From: Spirochaetia bacterium
GTDB lineage: Bacteria > Spirochaetota > Spirochaetia > SZUA-6 > Bin103
DNA: 64,000 nucleotides
Assembly (NCBI GenBank): GCA_965199955.1
Contig: CBDATQ010000001.1
Span: 1,216,001 to 1,280,000, forward strand
Direction of reading: 5' to 3'
The notes beneath the pieces are model-generated. The model had not been told where the DNA came from and searched no databases. It saw only the letters and a list, made by a program, of their open reading frames with translations. Position numbers and translations under genes: made by a program. Below, in pieces: positions 29,840 through 39,168 of this stretch. Within the stretch, counting starts at the first letter, position 1. Every line of letters begins with the position of its first letter.

Positions 29840-30936
29840 GCGGCCAGCTCGGACCGTTTGTGCTCGACCGACGCGAGCAGCGCGTCCAAGGACTCCGCGA
29901 ACGCGGCGACGCCGGCCTGCTGCAGGTCGGCCGTCACCCTGTCCAGGTCGACGCCGGCGCCGGCAAGCCCGTCGACATGGCGCCGCGCTTCGTCCACGCC
30001 CGCGGTCAACGTGACGGCGGCCGTGCCGCCGGCGCGGAATGCGTCCAGCGTCTCCGGAGGCATCGTGTTGACGGTGTCGGGCCCGATCAGGTCGTCCACG
30101 TACTTGGTGGCCGGGTAGGCCGGGTTCTTGGTGCTGGTGCTGGCCCAGAGCAGGCGCTGCACGCGGGCGCCGGCCGCTGCCACGTTTTCCCAGCGCTCCC
30201 CGGAGAAGATCGACTGGTACGCCGCGTAGGCGATCCTGGCGTTGGCGACCGCCGCCATGCCGAGCAGGGGCGAGCCGTCCGGCAGGGCGTCGTCGACCGC
30301 CGTGTCCACGCGGCTCACGAAGAACGACGCCACGGAGCCGATGCGGTTCACTGCGTGGCCGCCGGGCACGGTGGGTCCGTGTGCGGCCAGCGTGGTCAGG
30401 CCGTCCAGGTAGGCGGCTGCCACCCGGCGATAGCCGTCCACGGAGAACAGGAGCGTGACGTTGATGTTGATCCCGGAGCCGATCAGCTCGGCGATCGCGG
30501 GCACTCCGGCCGGGGTGCCGGGCACCTTGATCATCAGGTTCGGGCGGCCGACCGCCGCCGCCAGCCGCTTGGCAGCGGCAACCGTTCCCCGCGTGTCGTG
30601 GGCGAGCGCCGGGCTCACCTCCAGGCTCACGAACCCGTCGCGCCCGTCGAGCCGGTCGTAGGTGGGGCGCAACTCGTCGCAGGCGCGCGCGATGTCCGCG
30701 ATCGCCAGGGTCTCGTACGCCTGCTCCGTGGACGCGTCCCGGGGCACCTCGCGGAGTTGCTGGTCGTAGTCGTCGCTCTCGCCGATCGCCTTCTGGAAGA
30801 TGGTGGGGTTGGACGTGACCCCGCGCACGCCCTCGGCTACCAGCCGGGAAAGGCCGGCGTCGCGCAGGAAGCTGCGCTGGATGAAGTCGAGCCAGACCGC
30901 CTGGCCCAGTTGCGTCAGATCGTGTGGTGTCGGCAC
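29836..30936 (-). CDS. tal: Transaldolase
   Basis: GQAVWLDF, GVTSNPTIF, VSLEVSP, NLMIKVP (Schiff-base Lys), NVTLLFS, VASFFVSRVDT and QRLLWASTSTKNP. Confidence 0.95.
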   Translation of the reverse strand: MPTPHDLTQLGQAVWLDFIQRSFLRDAGLSRLVAEGVRGVTSNPTIFQKAIGESDDYDQQLREVPRDASTEQAYETLAIADIARACDELRPTYDRLDGRDGFVSLEVSPALAHDTRGTVAAAKRLAAAVGRPNLMIKVPGTPAGVPAIAELIGSGININVTLLFSVDGYRRVAAAYLDGLTTLAAHGPTVPGGHAVNRIGSVASFFVSRVDTAVDDALPDGSPLLGMAAVANARIAYAAYQSIFSGERWENVAAAGARVQRLLWASTSTKNPAYPATKYVDDLIGPDTVNTMPPETLDAFRAGGTAAVTLTAGVDEARRHVDGLAGAGVDLDRVTADLQQAGVAAFAESLDALLASVEHKRSELAA

Positions 30937-31083
30937 CGCGGGTCTCCTTGAGTGATTACGCCACATGGTACCGCGCGCGTTCGATGGCAGTCATGCGACG
31001 GAACCCGGCAGGGACGTCTTCGAGCCGCTGTTTCGCGATCGATCATTCTTGTCTGGATCGGCCGGCGCGGGTAGGCTCGATCG

Positions 31084-31782
31084 ATGAAGCCGCAGTCCGC
31101 CCGACCCCGCTACCTCGACGCCATCACGGCGCTGTTCGTGACCACGCTGGTGGTTTCGAACATCATCGCCGGCAAGCAGGTCGCCTTCACCGCGACCATC
31201 GTCCTGCCCGCCGCGGTGATCCTGTTCCCGCTGACCTACATCCTCGCGGACGTGCTCACCGAGGTGTACGGCTACCAGCGCTGCCGCCGGGTGATCTGGA
31301 TCGGCTTTCTCTGCAACGCCGTGGCAGTCATCGCCATCGCGATCGGCGGCTGGCTGCGGCCGGCCGGATTCTGGGACGGCCAGGACGCCTACCTGCGCAC
31401 CCTGGGCGCGGTCCCGCGCATCGTGGCGGCATCGTTCCTGGCCTACCTCGCCGGCGAGTTCGTCAATTCGTTCGTGCTCGCCAAGCTCAAGGTGGCCACC
31501 TCGGGCAGGATGCTGTGGCTGCGCACGATCGGCAGCACGGTGGTCGGCCAGTTGATCGACTCAGGCGTGTTCATCACGGTCGCCTTCATCGGCGTGTTCC
31601 CTTCCGGCCAGGTGCTGCAACTGATCGTGGCGCAGTGGCTGTTCAAGGTCGCGTACGAGACGGTCGCCACGCCACTGACCTACGCCGTGGTGGGCTGGCT
31701 GAAGCGGAGCGAGGGCGTCGACCATTTCGACACCGGGACCGACTTCACGCCGCTTCGCGTGGGCGTGCCGTCCCGTGGCTGA
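31084..31782 (+). CDS. yhhQ: Queuosine precursor transporter (YhhQ/COG1738)
   Basis: SNIIAGK, FPLTYILADVLTEVYG, RIVAASFLAYL.GEF.N and WLRTIGSTVVGQLIDS. Adjacent to queF. Confidence 0.92.
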   Translation: MKPQSARPRYLDAITALFVTTLVVSNIIAGKQVAFTATIVLPAAVILFPLTYILADVLTEVYGYQRCRRVIWIGFLCNAVAVIAIAIGGWLRPAGFWDGQDAYLRTLGAVPRIVAASFLAYLAGEFVNSFVLAKLKVATSGRMLWLRTIGSTVVGQLIDSGVFITVAFIGVFPSGQVLQLIVAQWLFKVAYETVATPLTYAVVGWLKRSEGVDHFDTGTDFTPLRVGVPSRG

Positions 31783-32230
31783 GGATTCCCCGGCCGGCGA
31801 CGAGCTGACCCTGCTCGGCGCGGAGGGCGTCGCCCAACCGTCCCGGAAGCTGGAGACGTTCCCGAACCGCAGCCCGGACCGACCCTACCTGGTGAGCCTG
31901 GAGTGCCCGGAGTTCACCTGCGTGTGCCCGATGACCGCTCAGCCGGACTTCGCCACCATCTCCATCCGCTACATCCCCGACCAGCGGGTCGTGGAGTCCA
32001 AGTCGCTGAAGCTGTACCTGTGGTCCTACCGCAACGAGGGAACATTCCACGAGCACGTGACCAACCGCATCCTCGACGACCTGGTCGCGGCGCTGCAGCC
32101 CGTCGCCTGCGAGGTGACCGGCGCCTTCAGCGTGCGCGGCGGCATCTCCATCACCGTCCGCGCCTCCTTCGAGCAGCCCGGCTCGGGCGGTTGGTCCGTA
32201 CTCCCACCGCCGGCTCCCTCAATCGTGTAG
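31775..32230 (+). CDS. queF: preQ0 (7-cyano-7-deazaguanine) reductase, unimodular
   Basis: LETFPN, PEFTCVCPMTAQPDFA, VESKSLKLYLWSYRN and FHE...RGGI. Confidence 0.95.
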   Translation: MAEDSPAGDELTLLGAEGVAQPSRKLETFPNRSPDRPYLVSLECPEFTCVCPMTAQPDFATISIRYIPDQRVVESKSLKLYLWSYRNEGTFHEHVTNRILDDLVAALQPVACEVTGAFSVRGGISITVRASFEQPGSGGWSVLPPPAPSIV

Positions 32231-32268
32231 CCCGCCGGGACGGCACGTACGCAGCCACCGATCCCACG

Positions 32269-32360
32269 ATGCCACCGGTATCGCACCCGTTCAAGAAGGA
32301 GCCTTGGTCGTTCTGATGAAACTACAATGATCATGCTCCACCCCATGTTCACGTGAAGAG
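32269..32360 (+). pseudogene. DUF4160-like (putative toxin) remnant
   Basis: Frameshifted MP...VQEGALVVLM / NYNDHAPPHVHV motif that runs directly into the next ORF. Confidence 0.6.
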
Positions 32361-32697
32361 CAGATGGGACCATCACCAGGAGAAGGGGGTCTTGAAGGCC
32401 GAACACCTCGCACAATTCTTTTTGCGAGTGTGGTTTGAGGAGGACTTGGAAGTTTCCATCTATGAGCTGGACTTTCGTCCGTTGTTCGTCGACGAGAATC
32501 CCGGCGGCGTGTTCGAGTTATTGAGAGACGAGGAACGGTTTCGGCAGGTGCTCGGAGACTATGCGCTGATCTGGCCCAATCCCGAGAGCGGTGCGTATGA
32601 CGAGCATGCAATCGATCTGGCTCCCGAGCGTGTGCGCTTTTTCTGTGAGCGGTATGGAAAGCGAGTCAAGGGAGCACACCAGGAGAGGGTGGCCTGA
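32353..32697 (+). CDS. DUF2442-domain protein (putative antitoxin)
   Basis: VLKAEHL..F.LRVWF, GGVFELLRDEERFRQV, LIWPN and IDLAPE. Start is uncertain and GC is lower than the flanks. Confidence 0.72.
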   Translation: MKSRWDHHQEKGVLKAEHLAQFFLRVWFEEDLEVSIYELDFRPLFVDENPGGVFELLRDEERFRQVLGDYALIWPNPESGAYDEHAIDLAPERVRFFCERYGKRVKGAHQERVA

Positions 32698-32741
32698 GTC
32701 GTTCCTCGAGCTCCACAGAACTCGTTGTCCGCGGCGGGCTG

Positions 32742-34280
32742 GTGTTCGACGGCACCGGCGCTCCGCCGATGGAGGCGGACGTCGCGGTGAGCGGCGGGCG
32801 GGTGGCGGAGGTCGGGCACATTCGCGCATCGGCGGAGCTGGAGATCGACGCGCGCGGGCTGAACGTGACGCCGGGGTTCATCGACATCCACAGCCACTCC
32901 GACTATACGCTGCTGGTCGATCCGCGGGCGGTGAGTGCCGTGCACCAGGGAGTGACCACCGAGGTGGTCGGCAACTGCGGTCACGGCTGCTTTCCGATCA
33001 GGGATCGGCTGCTGTCGTCGCGCATCATCTACGGCTTCGACGGGCAGGTGCCGATCAACTGGTCCACGCCGGCGGCGTACCTGGAACGGCTGGAGCGGGC
33101 GCGCCCGGCGGTCAACGTGATCACGCTGGTGCCCAACGGCCAACTGCGCCTGGCGACGATGGGGCTGGAGGACCGCCCGGCCGGCGAAGCCGAGGTGGCG
33201 GCCATGACGCACCTCCTGGAAGAGGGCATGGACGCCGGGGCCTGGGGCTACTCGACCGGCCTGGAGTACGCCACCGAACAGGGCGCCCGCGAGCCCGAGA
33301 TCACCGCGCTGGCGGCTGCCGCGGCCCGGCGCGGCGGGCTCTACGCAACCCACACCCGCGATCGGGACCAGGACGCAGTCGGAGCGGTGGAGGAAGCGAT
33401 CCGCACGGCCCGCGCCGCCGGTGCCAGGCTGCAGGTCTCCCACCTGGCGCCGCGCAGCGGCCCCGATCACACGGCCCGCTGCGTCGACGCGGTGGACGGC
33501 GCGCGGGCCGCAGGCGACGACATCGCCTTCGACATGCACACCCGCCTCTACGGCCTGACCTTCCTGTACGCGATGCTGCCGCATTGGCTGCTCGGCGAGA
33601 GCCCGGAGAGCCAGGCGCGCCACCTGGGCATGCGCGAGTCGCGCGAACGCATTCGCTCGCATCGCTCCATCATCACCGGGCTCGGGGACTGGGGCCGCGT
33701 GTACCTGCTGGACAACGAGGTGTGGCCGGACCTGGCCCGCCTGGACTTCGAGGAGATCGGCCGCCGCCGCGGATCGGGCGCGTTCGACGCCGCCTGCGAC
33801 CTGCTCAGGGACAGCGTCGGCGCCGACAGGGCGCCGATGGTGATCATGCGCAGCTACACGCAGGAGATGCAGGAATCGGTGTTCGCGCACGAGTTGTGCG
33901 TGCCGGGGTCCGACGCGACCGCCCTGGCCCCGGACGGCCCGCTGGCGGGCTCGGCGTTCATGGGCGCCTATGGCTGGGCCGCCTGGTTCTGGCGCTTCAT
34001 GGTGTGCGACAGCGCGCGCCTGCCCCCGGAGGCCGCCATCCACAAGCTCAGCGGCCAGCCGGCGGACATCCTCGGCCTTGCCGATCGGGGCCTGCTGAGA
34101 CCTGGCATGCGGGCGGATCTTGCCGTCTTCGATCCCGGCAGCTTCGCGGACACGGCGACGACGTTCGAGCCCAACCAGCTCGCCACCGGCATGCGCCACG
34201 TGGTGGTCAACGGCACGATTACCCTCCGGGACGGGTCACTGACTGGGAAACGGGCGGGCGAGGTGCTGCGCAAGCGGTGA
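32742..34280 (+). CDS. N-acyl-D-amino-acid deacylase (amidohydrolase)
   Basis: PGFIDIHSHSD, QGVTTEVVGNCG, STGLEY, YATHTR, QVSH and DRGLLRPGMRADLAVFDP. The conserved N-terminus ELVVRGGLVFDGTG begins upstream of the first standard start. Confidence 0.9.
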   Translation: MFDGTGAPPMEADVAVSGGRVAEVGHIRASAELEIDARGLNVTPGFIDIHSHSDYTLLVDPRAVSAVHQGVTTEVVGNCGHGCFPIRDRLLSSRIIYGFDGQVPINWSTPAAYLERLERARPAVNVITLVPNGQLRLATMGLEDRPAGEAEVAAMTHLLEEGMDAGAWGYSTGLEYATEQGAREPEITALAAAAARRGGLYATHTRDRDQDAVGAVEEAIRTARAAGARLQVSHLAPRSGPDHTARCVDAVDGARAAGDDIAFDMHTRLYGLTFLYAMLPHWLLGESPESQARHLGMRESRERIRSHRSIITGLGDWGRVYLLDNEVWPDLARLDFEEIGRRRGSGAFDAACDLLRDSVGADRAPMVIMRSYTQEMQESVFAHELCVPGSDATALAPDGPLAGSAFMGAYGWAAWFWRFMVCDSARLPPEAAIHKLSGQPADILGLADRGLLRPGMRADLAVFDPGSFADTATTFEPNQLATGMRHVVVNGTITLRDGSLTGKRAGEVLRKR

Positions 34281-34299
34281 GAACCGAGCGATCTCCCGA

Positions 34300-35109
34300 T
34301 CAGGAATCCTCGCCGGTCTCTCGGTACAGGAGAGCCGTGCTGGCGGCCAGGACCTTGTCGTAGGCGGCCAGCGCGCCGGGGTCCAGGTCGGCCTTTGGTA
34401 TCGGTTCCAGGTCGAAGTGGCCGTAGCGGTCCTGGCCCCGCACCAGAGTGGCGGTGTCGCGCATGCCGGAGTTCTGGCGAATGGAGGTGGGGACGTAGCG
34501 GACCGCGATGCCGATGCGGCGGTCGCCGCGCGCCGCGGGCGCCGAGCCGTGCACGATGAGGACGTGGTGGAGGGACATCTGCCCCGCCTCCAGAGTCAGG
34601 TCGACGGCCTCGCTCTCGTCCACCTCGACGGAGACCTCCTGGCCGCGGGTGAGCAGGTTCCGGCCGTCGACCGTGTCCGTGTGCGGCATCTGTCGAGCCG
34701 ATTGGGAGCCGGGAATCACGCGCATGCAGCCGTTGTCGGGGGTGCTGGGCGACAGGGCGATCCAGGCCGTGACCACCTCGTCCGAGGACAGGCCCCAATA
34801 GGTGGCGTCTTGGTGCCAGGAGACGAACGCGCCGTCGCCGGGGTTCTTGATGAACGCGTTGCTGGTCCAGCATAGCAGGTCCGGGCCCAGGATCTCGGCG
34901 ACCGGGTCCAGCACGCCGGGGTAGCGCACCAGCTCGGAGAGCCACGCCAGCGCGACGTGGCCCTTGTGGCGAAGGATCGTGGGTGCCCGCTCCGGCTCCG
35001 CCTCCTCGAAGGATTCCAGCTTCGCGCGGAAGGCGGCCGCCTCCGCGAACGACAACGCCGGCACCGGACACAGGTAGCCCTCATGGGCATAGCGTTCGCG
35101 TGCCGTCAT
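34300..35109 (-). CDS. Phytanoyl-CoA dioxygenase family protein
   Basis: FVSWHQDATYW (HxD), TAWIALS, NGCMRVIPGS, HGS and RRIGIAVRY. Confidence 0.9.
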   Translation of the reverse strand: MTARERYAHEGYLCPVPALSFAEAAAFRAKLESFEEAEPERAPTILRHKGHVALAWLSELVRYPGVLDPVAEILGPDLLCWTSNAFIKNPGDGAFVSWHQDATYWGLSSDEVVTAWIALSPSTPDNGCMRVIPGSQSARQMPHTDTVDGRNLLTRGQEVSVEVDESEAVDLTLEAGQMSLHHVLIVHGSAPAARGDRRIGIAVRYVPTSIRQNSGMRDTATLVRGQDRYGHFDLEPIPKADLDPGALAAYDKVLAASTALLYRETGEDS

Positions 35110-35155
35110 GGGTCGATCATCCTACCATCACACGCTGGCAGCGCAGGGAGGATGC

Positions 35156-35545
35156 ATGACAGATCGCGACCGCTACGAATCAGGCCGCAGAGTGCTCTCG
35201 AAGATGCTCGGCGAAGCCGCTGCAGAGGCTTCCACGGAGAACATGCGCGCAGTTCATCCCGAGCTCGAGCGACTGGTGATGACGCAGGTGATGCATGACC
35301 TGTACGGGCGTCCCGGGCTGGACATCAGGATACGCCTGCTGTGCACGATCGCGGCGCTGACGGTGCTCGGCCGGCCGGAGCAGATCGACGTTCACATCGA
35401 CCGGGCGCTGGGCTCCGGATGCACGAAGACGGAGATCGAGGAGGTCATGCTGCAGATGAGCGCGTTCGGAGGATTCCCCGCGGCGCGGGACGCGCTGGCC
35501 GTGCTGCGCGACAAACGGGACGGTTCTACCGCCAGGGAACCATGA
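35156..35545 (+). CDS. Carboxymuconolactone decarboxylase family protein
   Basis: LYGRPGLD.R.R.L.TIAAL, H...AL..G.T..EI.EV.LQ...FGGFPAA. Confidence 0.88.
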   Translation: MTDRDRYESGRRVLSKMLGEAAAEASTENMRAVHPELERLVMTQVMHDLYGRPGLDIRIRLLCTIAALTVLGRPEQIDVHIDRALGSGCTKTEIEEVMLQMSAFGGFPAARDALAVLRDKRDGSTAREP

Positions 35546-35614
35546 AGACCCCGGCCTCCGTGGTACGATGCAGGGCCGCCACGTGGCGGTGATACGCACG
35601 GTGAGGAGGCCGCG

Positions 35615-35914
35615 GTGATCAAGCGGATGGAGAAGAAGTCGGAGTTGCCAGCCGACTGTTACATCTACAAGCACTCGAGCGCCTGCCCGGTGTCGGCGGC
35701 GGCGGCGCAGGTGGTTGAGAGCACGGCGTTCGATCTGCCCGTCTACTGGGTGAACGTGATCGAGCAGCGCAAGCTGTCCAACCAAGTGGCGAAGCGCTAT
35801 GGCGTCCGGCACGAATCGCCGCAGCTCCTGAAGATCGAGCAGGGCAGCGCCACGACCGTCCTGAGCCACCACCAGATCTCGCCCGCGCAACTCGCGCACA
35901 CCGTCAGCGGCTGA
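35615..35914 (+). CDS. ytxJ: YtxJ/BrxC-like monothiol redoxin (DUF2847)
   Basis: YKHSSACPVS, VIEQRKLSN.VA..YGVRHESPQLL. GAGGAGG RBS. Confidence 0.85.
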   Translation: MIKRMEKKSELPADCYIYKHSSACPVSAAAAQVVESTAFDLPVYWVNVIEQRKLSNQVAKRYGVRHESPQLLKIEQGSATTVLSHHQISPAQLAHTVSG

Positions 35915-35925
35915 GGGGCGGCTTC

Positions 35926-36915
35926 GTGTACGTGGGAACGCAGTTCGGCTGCCGGCACGACACCGATATCGAGGTGCTGGCCCAGCTCGGCGTCATGCAC
36001 GTGGACCAGATGCCGACGGAACCGTGGGAGGAGTGGACGGCCGATACGCTGAAGGCGCTGCGCGAGCGCTTCGCCCGGTACGGCATCGAGCTGGAGATGA
36101 TCCACATCCCGCTCGGATCGCGCAGCGCGTTCGTGAATGAGGCCGGCGCGATTTTCCTGGGGCCGAGCGACGCGCGTGACCGCCAGATCGAGCGCATGTG
36201 CGAAACGGTGCGGATGGCCGCCGAGGCGGGGCTGCGCGGCCTCAACTACAACGTCACGCTGCTCGGCCACCTGCGCACCGAGCCGCGCTACGGGCGCGGC
36301 GGCGCGAAGCTGTCGTCGTTCGAGCTCGACAAGCTGGACCAGTCGCTCGGCACCTTCGAGGGCGGCCCCGCCGACGAGGACACGATGTGGGAGCGCATCG
36401 ATCACTGGCTGCAGAACATCATGCCGGTGGCCGAGGAGTACAAGATCCAGATGGCCTGCCACCCGTCCGATCCCGGCATCGGCTACGGCGCCGAGTATCG
36501 CGGCGTGGCCCGCGTGCTCGGCATGGTGAACGGCTTCAAGAAGCTGGTCGAGCTCTACGACAGCCCCTACAACGGCCTCAACTTCTGCATCGGCTGCATG
36601 GCCGAGTCGCTGGAGAATCCGCGGGCGGACATCTGCGAGGTGATCCGCTACTTCGGAGAGCGCGACAAGATCTTCAACATCCACTTCCGCAACATCAAGG
36701 GTGGACTGGGGAACTTCGTCGAGGTGTTCCCGGACGAGGGCGACGTCGACATGCTCAAGGCGCTCCGGACCCTCAAGGAGGTCGGTTACCGGTACATGAT
36801 CATGCCCGACCATGTTCCCGGACTGTCCGGTGCCGAGCCGCACCAGGTCGGCTTCGCCTACACCTACGGCTACATCCACGCCCTGCTGCAGGCGGTGAAC
36901 GACGAAGACCGGTAG
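35926..36915 (+). CDS. Mannonate dehydratase (UxuA) family protein
   Basis: PVAEEYKIQMACHPSDP, NGLNFCIG, IHFRNIKG, EVFPDEGDVDM and MPDHVP. Confidence 0.85.
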   Translation: MYVGTQFGCRHDTDIEVLAQLGVMHVDQMPTEPWEEWTADTLKALRERFARYGIELEMIHIPLGSRSAFVNEAGAIFLGPSDARDRQIERMCETVRMAAEAGLRGLNYNVTLLGHLRTEPRYGRGGAKLSSFELDKLDQSLGTFEGGPADEDTMWERIDHWLQNIMPVAEEYKIQMACHPSDPGIGYGAEYRGVARVLGMVNGFKKLVELYDSPYNGLNFCIGCMAESLENPRADICEVIRYFGERDKIFNIHFRNIKGGLGNFVEVFPDEGDVDMLKALRTLKEVGYRYMIMPDHVPGLSGAEPHQVGFAYTYGYIHALLQAVNDEDR

Positions 36916-36916
36916 G

Positions 36917-37906
36917 GTGGACGGCCCGCTTCGCGTCGGCGTCTACGGCGCCGGCAACTTCGCCAACCGCGAGCATCTGCCGAACTTGGCGCGTATCGAC
37001 GGCGTGCGCGTGGTCGCGGTCTGCGACGTCGACGAGCAGGCGGCGCGAGCCACGGCCGCGCGCTTCGGCATCCCCGGCGTGTACACCGACGGGATGAAGA
37101 TGCTTGCCGGGGAGCGGCTCGACGCGCTGTGGTCGATCGTCCCGGCGGCCGCGCGCGGCGACGTGGAAGTGGCCGCGGCGGAGCAGGGCGTCCACCTGTT
37201 CAGCGAAAAGCCGCAGGCAACGGAGATGCGGACCGCGCGGCGCATCGACGCGGCGATCCGCCGGAGTGGGGTGCTGTCCGCCGTCGGCTTCCGCGAGCGC
37301 TACCGCCCGATCTTCCAGGAGGCGAAGCGCCTGCTCGCCGACAAGAAGGTCGTCCACGTCCGCTTCCAGAGCTTCCGCGACCTGCCGGCGCAGGACGCCG
37401 GCGACGCCGAGTTCCGCAGCTACGGAGCCGCCTTCTTCGACTGGGGGCCGCACGCCGTGGACTACTGCCGGTTCCTGAGCGGGCTGGACATCACCACCGC
37501 GCAGGCGTTCTTCACCGACCGCCCACCCTACCTGACGCCGCTGTCGGCGTCGTTCAACTTCGTCATGGAGTGCGGTGCCACCATGACCGTGACGTTCGTC
37601 TGCGCCGGTCCCGGCGGTCCGACGAACGAGCCGTATTTCCTGATCTGCTTCGAGGGCGGCTATCTCAGCGTGCACGGCTACGACCGCATCGAGATGAACG
37701 GCCACACGGTGTACGCGGCGAAGGAATTCAACCCCTGGTTCGAGCTGGACCGGCGCTTCTGCGAAGCGGTCAGGACCGGAGACGGCAGCAGGCTGCTGAA
37801 CGACTACCATGACGGCCTGTCCACGCTGGCGCCGCTGCTGGCGGGCTGGGAGTCCGCAAAGCGGGGCGGCGAGCCGATCGACGTCCAGGCCTACCTGCGC
37901 GGCTGA
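36917..37906 (+). CDS. Gfo/Idh/MocA family oxidoreductase
   Basis: VGVYGAGNFA..HL, VHLFSEKP, VGFRERY and DWGPHAVD. Confidence 0.88.
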   Translation: MDGPLRVGVYGAGNFANREHLPNLARIDGVRVVAVCDVDEQAARATAARFGIPGVYTDGMKMLAGERLDALWSIVPAAARGDVEVAAAEQGVHLFSEKPQATEMRTARRIDAAIRRSGVLSAVGFRERYRPIFQEAKRLLADKKVVHVRFQSFRDLPAQDAGDAEFRSYGAAFFDWGPHAVDYCRFLSGLDITTAQAFFTDRPPYLTPLSASFNFVMECGATMTVTFVCAGPGGPTNEPYFLICFEGGYLSVHGYDRIEMNGHTVYAAKEFNPWFELDRRFCEAVRTGDGSRLLNDYHDGLSTLAPLLAGWESAKRGGEPIDVQAYLRG

Positions 37907-38460
37907 CCGCTTTCCGGCCCGGCGAGCTCGAACAGGGCGCCGAGCACCCGGTAGGTGAGGCCCCAGATCGCCTCTCCGCCGTAGGCGATCCCTGGAAACA
38001 CCAGGCGCCGTTCGCCATCGGCGATCTCCACCGAGGTGCGGTGGGACGCGTCGATCAGATGCTCGATCGGGATCCACATCGCCGCGGCGACCTCCGCCGG
38101 TTGCGGGCGCAGCGCCGGCAGCTCGGGGGAGCAGAGATGGAAGAACGGCTGCAGCCAGCCCAGGTGTGGCCGGCCCCGGCGGGTGATCTGCATGGGCGGC
38201 AGGGCGCCCAGGTACCGGCAGCGCGCCAGGTCCAGTCCGACCTCCTCGGCCGTCTCCCGCACTCCGGCCGCGCGCGGGTCTGCATCGGTCCGGGCGACCC
38301 GGCCGCCGGGAAACGCCATCTGCCCCGACCACGGATCGTCCGGCCGCTCCGAGCGCTTGATGAAGCAGAGCGCCGGGGCGGCGTCGGGACCGCCGAGCAC
38401 CACGCAGACGGAGGCGGTGATCTCGTGCTCCGGGGACGACTCGTCGTGACCGCGTCCCAT
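37891..38460 (-). CDS. Nudix CoA pyrophosphatase (NudL-like)
   Basis: KRSERPDDPWSGQMAFPGG, AGVRETAEEVGL and IWGLTYRVL. Confidence 0.88.
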   Translation of the reverse strand: MGRGHDESSPEHEITASVCVVLGGPDAAPALCFIKRSERPDDPWSGQMAFPGGRVARTDADPRAAGVRETAEEVGLDLARCRYLGALPPMQITRRGRPHLGWLQPFFHLCSPELPALRPQPAEVAAAMWIPIEHLIDASHRTSVEIADGERRLVFPGIAYGGEAIWGLTYRVLGALFELAGPESGQPRR

Positions 38461-38541
38461 GAAGGCATCGACGATTCGCTGTGCGGTCACTCCCGTATAG
38501 TACGCTGACACCGAAGACCGCGGGTCAGCAGGGGGAGAACG

Positions 38542-38862
38542 ATGATCCTGACAACGGCCGCGAGCATCGCCGGCCATCGCGTCGTCAAGACGGTCGGCCT
38601 GGTACGCGGCAACACGGTCCGCTCCCGCCACATGGGGCGGGACATCATGGCCGGCTTCAAGACCATGGTCGGAGGCGAGATCGTCTCCTACACCCAGATG
38701 ATGGACGACGCCCGCTCCGAATCGGTGGACCGCCTGGCCGCCGACGCTCAGAAGCGCGGCGCCAACGCGGTGACCGACATCCGCTTCACCACCTCCGCGA
38801 TCATGAGCGGCGCGTCCGAGATCCTGTCCTACGGAACCGCGGTGGTCGTGGAGCCCGAGTAG
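38542..38862 (+). CDS. YbjQ/UPF0145 family protein
   Basis: GLVRGNTVRSRH.GRDI.AGFK..VGGEI..YT, GANAV and EIL.YGTAV. Confidence 0.92.
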   Translation: MILTTAASIAGHRVVKTVGLVRGNTVRSRHMGRDIMAGFKTMVGGEIVSYTQMMDDARSESVDRLAADAQKRGANAVTDIRFTTSAIMSGASEILSYGTAVVVEPE

Positions 38863-38882
38863 CCCCACCCGCGGACAGCGGC

Positions 38883-39147
38883 TCAGCCTTCGCTCGCCGG
38901 TTCGCCCGAATCTTGCGGATAGATGGCGACGATCACGGAGGCGCCCACCCGTGCGATCCGCTGCAGCGTGTCCGGCTCCGCAGCCGATGTCCAGCACCGA
39001 GTCCCCGTCCTGCACGCGGCTGGACATTGCTTCCAACTCGGTTCCGGGCTCGGTTCGCCGGGAGCTGTCGTACGCCTTCGCGCACGTGTCGTATCCCCGC
39101 CTCACCAGGGCGCGGTAATCGACGGCCGGATCGTTCGCAGGGGTCAC
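38883..39147 (-). pseudogene. Class I methyltransferase 5' fragment joined to an unrelated 3' fragment
   Basis: VRRGYD.CA.AY...VLDIGCGAG ends abruptly. Another frame continues TLQRIARVGASVIVAIYPQ...stop. Confidence 0.65.
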
Positions 39148-39168
39148 GTTCGAATCACATCGTGCCGG

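Noticed and set aside
30940..31083. preQ1 riboswitch upstream of yhhQ-queF
   Set aside because: No preQ1-I stem with an A-rich tail is visible. An Rfam/Infernal scan would be needed to exclude other classes.
37891..39147. 418-aa methyltransferase-Nudix fusion
   Set aside because: The middle part is the antisense of the YbjQ gene. It is a chance open frame linking a pseudogene stub to the Nudix gene.
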